Assembly (NCBI GenBank): GCA_963764715.1
Contig: CAVXTP010000006.1
Coordinates: forward strand, 192,001 to 256,000
DNA: 64,000 nt
Direction: 5' to 3'
Origin: an uncultured Acidobacteriota bacterium
GTDB taxonomy: Bacteria > Acidobacteriota > Thermoanaerobaculia > UBA5066 > Gp7-AA6
This document shows, piece after piece, positions 58,593-64,000 of this stretch. The position numbers and the translations under genes are program-made. The number at the start of each line of letters is the position of its first letter. The first letter of the stretch is position 1. Under the pieces are notes generated by a model. The model saw nothing but the letters and a program-made list of their open reading frames with translations. It was not told the DNA's origin and made no database searches.

Positions 58593-59519
58593 ATGTCCTC
58601 CGCGATCCGCGACACGTTCGCCTCCCTCTCACGAAGGTGGAGCGCTCTTCGCTCGGCCAGGGCCGAAGCCGCCGCGGCCCGGGACTTCTGGGACGCCGGC
58701 GCCCCGGGTGAGCCCGAGGATCGCTACTGGGGCTCGCAGCCCCTCGTCCGGCGCGCGATCAACCGGCGGGTGACCGGCGACCCGAACCGCTGGCCCATGG
58801 AGTGGTTCGCCGCCCGTTACGCGCCGACGCCCCTTCCGCTCGGCCTCTCGGTCGGCTGCGGCACGGGGCTGCTGGAGCGGGACATCCTGGGCAAGGGCCT
58901 TTGCGAGCGGGTCGAGGGGGTCGACTTTTCGCCCGAAGCGATCGCCGAGGCCGAGCGGGCCGCCGAGGAAGCCGGCCTCGCGCGCCGTCTCGAGTACCGG
59001 GTCGAGGACATCAATGCCATCCGCCTCCCGCCGGAGCGCTACGACGCCGTGTTCTTCCACGGTTCGCTGCACCACATCCGCAACGTCGAGCGCGTCCTCG
59101 GCGAGGTCCGCTCGGCGCTGAAGCCCGGCGGCCTCGTGTTCGTCGACGAGTACATGGGGCCGTCGCGCTCGGAGTGGACCGACGGGCTCTGGGCGTTCGC
59201 CCGGAGCGCCTTCGACGCCCTGCCCGCGGAGCTGAAGAACCGTCCCGAGCTCGCGATCCCGCTGCCGATGGACGACCCGTCGGAGTCGGTCCGCTCCTCG
59301 GCCATCCTGCCCGCGTGCCGGCGACTCTTCGAGACCCTCGAAGACCGTCCCTACGGCGGCAACGTCCTCTGGTTCATCTTCCCGTGCCTCGACATCGCGC
59401 GGTTGCGCGAGGACCGGACCGAGGCCCTCTCCCGGCTGATCGCCCTGGAGGACCACCTGCTCGAAAAGGGCTGGGTCGAGTCCTACTTCCGGGTCTTCGT
59501 CGGGCGGGCCGCCCCTTGA
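58593..59519 (+). CDS. class I SAM-dependent methyltransferase
   Basis: SVGCGTG, GVDFS, YDAVFFHGSLHHI, LKPGG. Confidence 0.88.
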   Translation: MSSAIRDTFASLSRRWSALRSARAEAAAARDFWDAGAPGEPEDRYWGSQPLVRRAINRRVTGDPNRWPMEWFAARYAPTPLPLGLSVGCGTGLLERDILGKGLCERVEGVDFSPEAIAEAERAAEEAGLARRLEYRVEDINAIRLPPERYDAVFFHGSLHHIRNVERVLGEVRSALKPGGLVFVDEYMGPSRSEWTDGLWAFARSAFDALPAELKNRPELAIPLPMDDPSESVRSSAILPACRRLFETLEDRPYGGNVLWFIFPCLDIARLREDRTEALSRLIALEDHLLEKGWVESYFRVFVGRAAP

Positions 59520-61621
59520 AGCGGACGCGGCTGGGTCCCGCGACCCTCCTCGTCTTCGACCTCGTCCTCTTCGCACCCCTCCTCTCGACCGGCGGCGTCT
59601 TCTCCTCGCACGACTTCGTGCGCGCGCATCACCCGTGGCGCGAGGGCCCCCACGGCGTGCTCGAGGCCGAGAACCGCCTCCTGTCCGATCCCGCCGCCTC
59701 GGGCGAGACCACGCTCGTGCGATTCCGGGACTTCCCCTCCGGATTCTTCTGGAACCCGTGGGTGGGGGGCGGCGCCATCGGGCCCTTTCATCTCGCGCAG
59801 GGATTCCTGTCCCCGTTCGTCGCGCTCCCGGCGCTCCTTCTTCCCGAGGCCTGGATCGAGACCGGCGTCCTCTTTCTCAAATTCAACTTCGCGTTTCTCG
59901 CCGCCTGGGCCTTCCTGCGAGGCCGCCGTTTTTCCGAGGCGGCGTCGGCCGCGGGGGCGGCGGCCTGGGCCTTCGCGACCGGCCACACCGTCTGGGGCCT
60001 GTGGATGCAGAGCTCGGTCTCGATCACTTACCCGCTGCTCCTGATGGCGGTCGACCGGGCGCTCGAGGAGCCGCGGGACGCGCGGGCCCTCCGCTTCGCC
60101 GCGCTGGCGATCCTGCTCTGCCTCTCGGGCGGCTTCCCCCACTGGATCCTCTACGGCGCGGCCGCGGCCGGAATCTATTTCCTGGTCCGCGCGGTCGAGC
60201 GCCGGGGGCGCGGGGTCGCCCGCGCGGCGCTGCGCCTCTTCGCCGCGGCCGCGATCGCGGTCGCGATCCTGACGCCGTCGATCCTCGCGACCGCGCGCTT
60301 TCTCGACGCGTCGGAGTATGCGCAGCTGCGCCGGGGAATGGGCGGCAGCTACGCCCTGCCGCTCCGCCACCTGCGGCTGTACTTCCTGCCCGACTACCAG
60401 GGCACTCCCCGGCGCGACGACTACCGCGGGGTCGGCTGGATCCCCGGAGACAACTACATCGAAACGGCGGCGGGTGTCGGGATCGCCGCGGGGGGCCTGG
60501 CGTTCCTCGGCCTCTCGCGGCTGCGGCGGAGGACCGAGGCGCTCTACGCCGCGATCCTCGGCGCCGCGATCGCCGTTCCTCTGTACGGGGGCGGCGGAAT
60601 CCTCGGAGCCGTGGGCCGGCTGCCGCTCCTCGACATCAGCCTCTTCGCCCGGTCGAAGATCCTCATCCTCCTCGCGGTCGGAATCCTCGCGGCCTGCGGG
60701 GTCGAAGCGCTCGAAGCGATCTCGGCCTCCTCGACGGCGAGGCTCGCGGCCGTCCGGACCCTCCCCTTCCTCGTCGCGGTGCCGCTTTCGTTCTACGCCC
60801 TCGACTTCTATCCGGAGTGCTCCCCGCGGGAGGCCGTCTTCGAGGAGACGCCCGGGATCGCGCGGCTGCGCGAGCTGACGCGTGGAGGCTGGCGCTTCGC
60901 CGCCGCCGGCTGGACGCTCATCCCGAACGTCTCCGAGGCGCTGCGCCTCGAGGACGCGCGCGGGCACTTCCTCCTCGACGGGCCGTACCGCCGCCTGCTC
61001 GCGGGCGCCGATCCGAACGCCTTCGGCGGCTACGGCACGTACCTCGTCTTCGACCCGGCGTCCCTCGACCCGGCCTCTCCGGCCCTCGATCTCGCCGGCG
61101 TGCGTTACCTCGCCGCCCCTCCGGGCGCCACGCGCGCGGTCGGCGCCGAGGTCGAGAAACGCGACGCGGCTCCCTTCCAGCCGCCGGGCCTCGCCGAACT
61201 CCCCCGGCGCGCGTCCGACGGGCCGGAGCTGCCGCGGGTGTACGCGGGACCCGACCTCACGATCTTCGAACGGCCGACGGCGCTCCCCCGCTTCCGCCTC
61301 GAGGGGCCGGGCACGGTCCGCGCGCTCGAGCTCGCGCCCGAACGGTTCGCGATCGAGACGACGTCGCCCTCCGCCGGTCCCCTCGCGACCTCCCAGAAGG
61401 CCTTCGCACCGTACTGGCGGATCTTCCTCGACGGAAGGCGCGTCGAGCCCGAGGCCTCCGGCCCCTTCCTTCGTCTCGACGTTCCGGCGGGGACCCACCG
61501 GATCGAGGGCCGCTTCCGCGTGCCGGGCCGGGAGCTCGCCGTTTCCGCGCTGGGGCTCGCGGCCCTCGCCGCGGCTATCATCGCGGCGGGCCGAGCCCCG
61601 GCTCGAGCGCCCGCCCGATGA
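59516..61621 (+). CDS. YfhO-like GT-C membrane glycosyltransferase
   Basis: TTGA overlap start; WNPWVGGG; many TM helices; LDLAGVRYL; C-terminal PYWRIFLDG..VPAGTHRI. Confidence 0.75.
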   Translation: MKRTRLGPATLLVFDLVLFAPLLSTGGVFSSHDFVRAHHPWREGPHGVLEAENRLLSDPAASGETTLVRFRDFPSGFFWNPWVGGGAIGPFHLAQGFLSPFVALPALLLPEAWIETGVLFLKFNFAFLAAWAFLRGRRFSEAASAAGAAAWAFATGHTVWGLWMQSSVSITYPLLLMAVDRALEEPRDARALRFAALAILLCLSGGFPHWILYGAAAAGIYFLVRAVERRGRGVARAALRLFAAAAIAVAILTPSILATARFLDASEYAQLRRGMGGSYALPLRHLRLYFLPDYQGTPRRDDYRGVGWIPGDNYIETAAGVGIAAGGLAFLGLSRLRRRTEALYAAILGAAIAVPLYGGGGILGAVGRLPLLDISLFARSKILILLAVGILAACGVEALEAISASSTARLAAVRTLPFLVAVPLSFYALDFYPECSPREAVFEETPGIARLRELTRGGWRFAAAGWTLIPNVSEALRLEDARGHFLLDGPYRRLLAGADPNAFGGYGTYLVFDPASLDPASPALDLAGVRYLAAPPGATRAVGAEVEKRDAAPFQPPGLAELPRRASDGPELPRVYAGPDLTIFERPTALPRFRLEGPGTVRALELAPERFAIETTSPSAGPLATSQKAFAPYWRIFLDGRRVEPEASGPFLRLDVPAGTHRIEGRFRVPGRELAVSALGLAALAAAIIAAGRAPARAPAR

Positions 61622-62559
61622 AACTCGTCATCCAGATCCCCGCATTCAACGAAGAGGCCACGATCGAGCGGGCCCTGGCGGCGCTGCCGAAGCGCGTCGA
61701 GGGATTCACCGAAATCGAGCGGCTCGTCATCGACGACGGGTCGACCGACGCCACGGCCGAGAGGGCGCGGGCCGCGGGCGCCGAGCGCGTCGTGCGGCAG
61801 TCGACCAACCGCGGCTTGGCCGAGACCTTCTCGCGCGGACTCGCGGAGGCCGTCGCCATGGGCGCCGACGTGATCGTGAACTTCGACGCCGACCTCCAGT
61901 ACGACCCGGCCGACATCCCCGCGCTCGTCGCGCCGATTCTCGCCGGCCGCGCCGATCTCGTCGTCGGGGACCGCGGCCCGGGGGAGCTCGCCCACTTCTC
62001 GCCCGCCAAGCGGATCCTCCAGCGTCTCGGCACGTGGGTCGTTCGGCAGGCCGCCGGAATCGAGATCGAGGACGCGGTCTCGGGCTTTCGCGCCCTCTCG
62101 CGGGAGGCCGCGCGCCGGATCAACGTCTTCTCGAAGCTGACGTACACGCTCGAGACCCTGATCCAGGCCGGCTACAAGGGGCTCCGCGTGGCCTCCGTCC
62201 CCGTCCGGGCCCATCCCCCCGTGCGGCCCTCGCGCCTCTTCACGTCGACGGCGAAGTACGTCCTGCTCCAGGGCGCCAACGTCGTCCGCATCACGGCGCT
62301 CTACAAGCCGCTCAAGATCTTCTCGATCGCCGCCGGGCTCTTCGTCGCGGCCGGAACGATCCTGGGCCTGCGCTTTCTGGGCTTCTACTTCTTCGGCGAG
62401 AACCCGGGCGGCCACGTCCAGTCGCTGATCCTCGCCGCGGTCCTGATCGTGGTGGGCTTCCAGACGTTCCTGATCGCCCTCGTCGCCGACCTCGTGGCGA
62501 TCAACCGGAGGCTGCTGGAGGAGATGAAGCTGAGAGAAGACGGGAGGCAGGACGTCTAG
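61618..62559 (+). CDS. GT2 polyprenol-phosphate glycosyltransferase (DPM1/GtrB-like) with two C-terminal TM helices
   Basis: IPAFNEE, IDDGSTD, NRGLA, DADLQY, DAVSGFRA. Confidence 0.88.
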   Translation: MKLVIQIPAFNEEATIERALAALPKRVEGFTEIERLVIDDGSTDATAERARAAGAERVVRQSTNRGLAETFSRGLAEAVAMGADVIVNFDADLQYDPADIPALVAPILAGRADLVVGDRGPGELAHFSPAKRILQRLGTWVVRQAAGIEIEDAVSGFRALSREAARRINVFSKLTYTLETLIQAGYKGLRVASVPVRAHPPVRPSRLFTSTAKYVLLQGANVVRITALYKPLKIFSIAAGLFVAAGTILGLRFLGFYFFGENPGGHVQSLILAAVLIVVGFQTFLIALVADLVAINRRLLEEMKLREDGRQDV

Positions 62560-62562
62560 GTC

Positions 62563-62601
62563 CCCGCTTCCTGCCTCCGGCCTCCTGCCTCCTGCCTCCT
62601 G
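62563..62601. repeat. (CCTGCCT-like)x5 heptamer array between convergent genes
   Basis: cccgctt cctgcct ccggcct cctgcct cctgcct cctg. Confidence 0.8.
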
Positions 62602-62605
62602 ATCC

Positions 62606-63184
62606 TCACGCCCAATCCCCGGACTTGCGCGACATCACCGGCGCGCCCTCGAGAAGCGTCAGGATGGCCTTCGTCGTGTCCGCGACGGCGTAGAGGATGC
62701 GGTCCTCGGTCCGCGCGAACTTGCGCTGGATCGCGACGTCGAACTGCTGGAGCAGCGGATCGAAGTAGCCGCCGATGTTGGCGATGACGATGGGCTTGCC
62801 ATGGATGCCCATCTGCTTCCAGGTGATCATCTCGATCACCTCTTCCATCGTTCCGAAGCCGCCCGGAAACGCGACGAAGGCGTCCGAGAGGTCGAACATG
62901 AGCTGCTCGCGGGCGTGCATGGTGTCGACGACCTTGAGCTCGGTCAGTCCGCGGTGGGCCGACTCCCGGCCCTGGAGGGCCTTGGGAATGACGCCCGTGA
63001 CCGCGCCGCCGGCGGCGAGGACCTCGTCGGCGATGGCGCCCATGAGCCCGCGGGACGCTCCGCCGTAGATCAGGCGGATTCCGCGGCGGGCGATCTCGCG
63101 ACCGAACGCCCGGATCTCCGTCTCGATGGCAGATTCCTTCGTCGGGCTCGAGCCGCAGTACACGGCGACGCTTTTCAGGTCCAT
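62606..63184 (-). CDS. LOG-family nucleotide phosphoribohydrolase (TIGR00730 type)
   Basis: VYCGSS, YGGASRGLMG, MHARE, PGGFGTMEE, HGKPI. Confidence 0.92.
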   Translation of the reverse strand: MDLKSVAVYCGSSPTKESAIETEIRAFGREIARRGIRLIYGGASRGLMGAIADEVLAAGGAVTGVIPKALQGRESAHRGLTELKVVDTMHAREQLMFDLSDAFVAFPGGFGTMEEVIEMITWKQMGIHGKPIVIANIGGYFDPLLQQFDVAIQRKFARTEDRILYAVADTTKAILTLLEGAPVMSRKSGDWA

Positions 63185-63193
63185 GCGTGGATC

Positions 63194-63769
63194 TTAAGCC
63201 GTTCGGCCGGAGAAGCGGCTTCCGGGCGAGTCGATGGGAACGCCCTGGCGGCACAGCGGGCATTCGGCCTCGGGCCAGGAGGGCACCGAGAGCGACAGCA
63301 GCGACCGGGACGGCACCCGGAAGGCTCCGGCCGGCAGCCCCCGGTCCACGATCGATCCGACGGCCACGACGCGGCCGCCGGCCGCCTCGACCGCGGCCGC
63401 CGCCTCGCGGGTCGACTTTCCGGTCGTGAAGACGTCCTCGACCACGACGACCGGCTCGCCCGGTTCGAGCGCGAACCCGCGGCGCAGGGCGAAGGCCCCG
63501 TCCTTGCGCTCGACGAACATCGCCGGCACGTCCAGCGCGCGCGCCGTCTCGTGTCCGATCACGACCCCCCCGAGCGCCGGCGACATCACCGCCCGCGCCC
63601 CGAACTCGGCGAGTCTCGCCGCCAGCTCCCGCCCCGCCTGCTCGGCACGCCTGGGCCACATCAGCAGCCGCGCGCACTGCAGATACCTGTCGGAATGCAG
63701 CCCCGACGACAGGCGAAAGTGCCCCGTGAGCAGCGCCCCGGTCTCTTCGAAGTCCCTGATTGAAATCAC
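63194..63769 (-). CDS. pyrE: orotate phosphoribosyltransferase
   Basis: GHFRLSSGLHSDRYLQC, PALGG, VVVEDVFTTGKS; start placed at GTG 63769. Confidence 0.93.
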   Translation of the reverse strand: MISIRDFEETGALLTGHFRLSSGLHSDRYLQCARLLMWPRRAEQAGRELAARLAEFGARAVMSPALGGVVIGHETARALDVPAMFVERKDGAFALRRGFALEPGEPVVVVEDVFTTGKSTREAAAAVEAAGGRVVAVGSIVDRGLPAGAFRVPSRSLLSLSVPSWPEAECPLCRQGVPIDSPGSRFSGRTA

Positions 63770-63798
63770 GCAGCGGATTCTATGGGAGATCCGTGAGA

Positions 63799-63823
63799 GG
63801 GCGGGGACAAGCCCCGCCCCTAC
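63799..63823 (-). repeat. GTAG-type REP palindrome, copy 2
   Basis: Minus strand GTAGGGGCGGGGCTTGTCCCCGCCC. Confidence 0.75.
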
Positions 63824-64000
63824 GACCGGGGGCCCAGCATCAATCGCCACACAATACCCACCATGAAACATCCGTTCGCGGCGCGGCGAGTCTCCCGAAG
63901 TAACCGAGGGAGGAGCGCCGCGCCGCGGGAGCGAGTAGCGCAGCGGAGGGTCAGGCTCGCGGTCGAGCCCACAGGCGAGCCGCGAGCCGGTGCGCCGAAA

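Overview
High-GC chromosomal window, probably from an Acidobacteriota genome (inferred from the PadR + ADOP-type duplicated permease pair, short PheT and zapA-rny-ymdB synteny). The right half is mostly housekeeping on the minus strand: two tRNA-Val genes, thrS-infC-rpmI-rplT-pheS-pheT-zapB-zapA-(putative 6S RNA)-rny-ymdB, LPS-type glycosyltransferases and xseA-xseB-ispA. The left half holds tlyA-nadK-tamB-tamA, coaE, miaE and accessory metabolic and regulatory genes. No CRISPR, prophage or transposase was seen. Signals the ORF track misses or misreads: (1) a BCP/PrxQ peroxiredoxin with an in-frame UGA at the peroxidatic position followed by a SECIS-like hairpin (probable selenoprotein); (2) a translationally coupled BNR beta-propeller + ubiquitin-like MoaD/ThiS pair with no E1 or JAB gene in the window; (3) a thrS leader hairpin with a Thr anticodon (GGU) in its loop, plus a boxB/boxA-like leader upstream of the tRNAs; (4) an ATC-initiated infC; (5) twin 23-bp operator-like boxes over the padR promoter; (6) a 124-bp MITE flanked by CTAG, GTAG-type REPs and heptamer arrays; (7) a GalK homologue with an altered sugar-binding motif coupled to a nucleotidyltransferase, inside about 16 kb lying where dxs usually sits; (8) tandem M4 peptidases in an indel-rich stretch that may be an assembly artefact. 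All product calls come from motif recognition by eye; no database searches were run.
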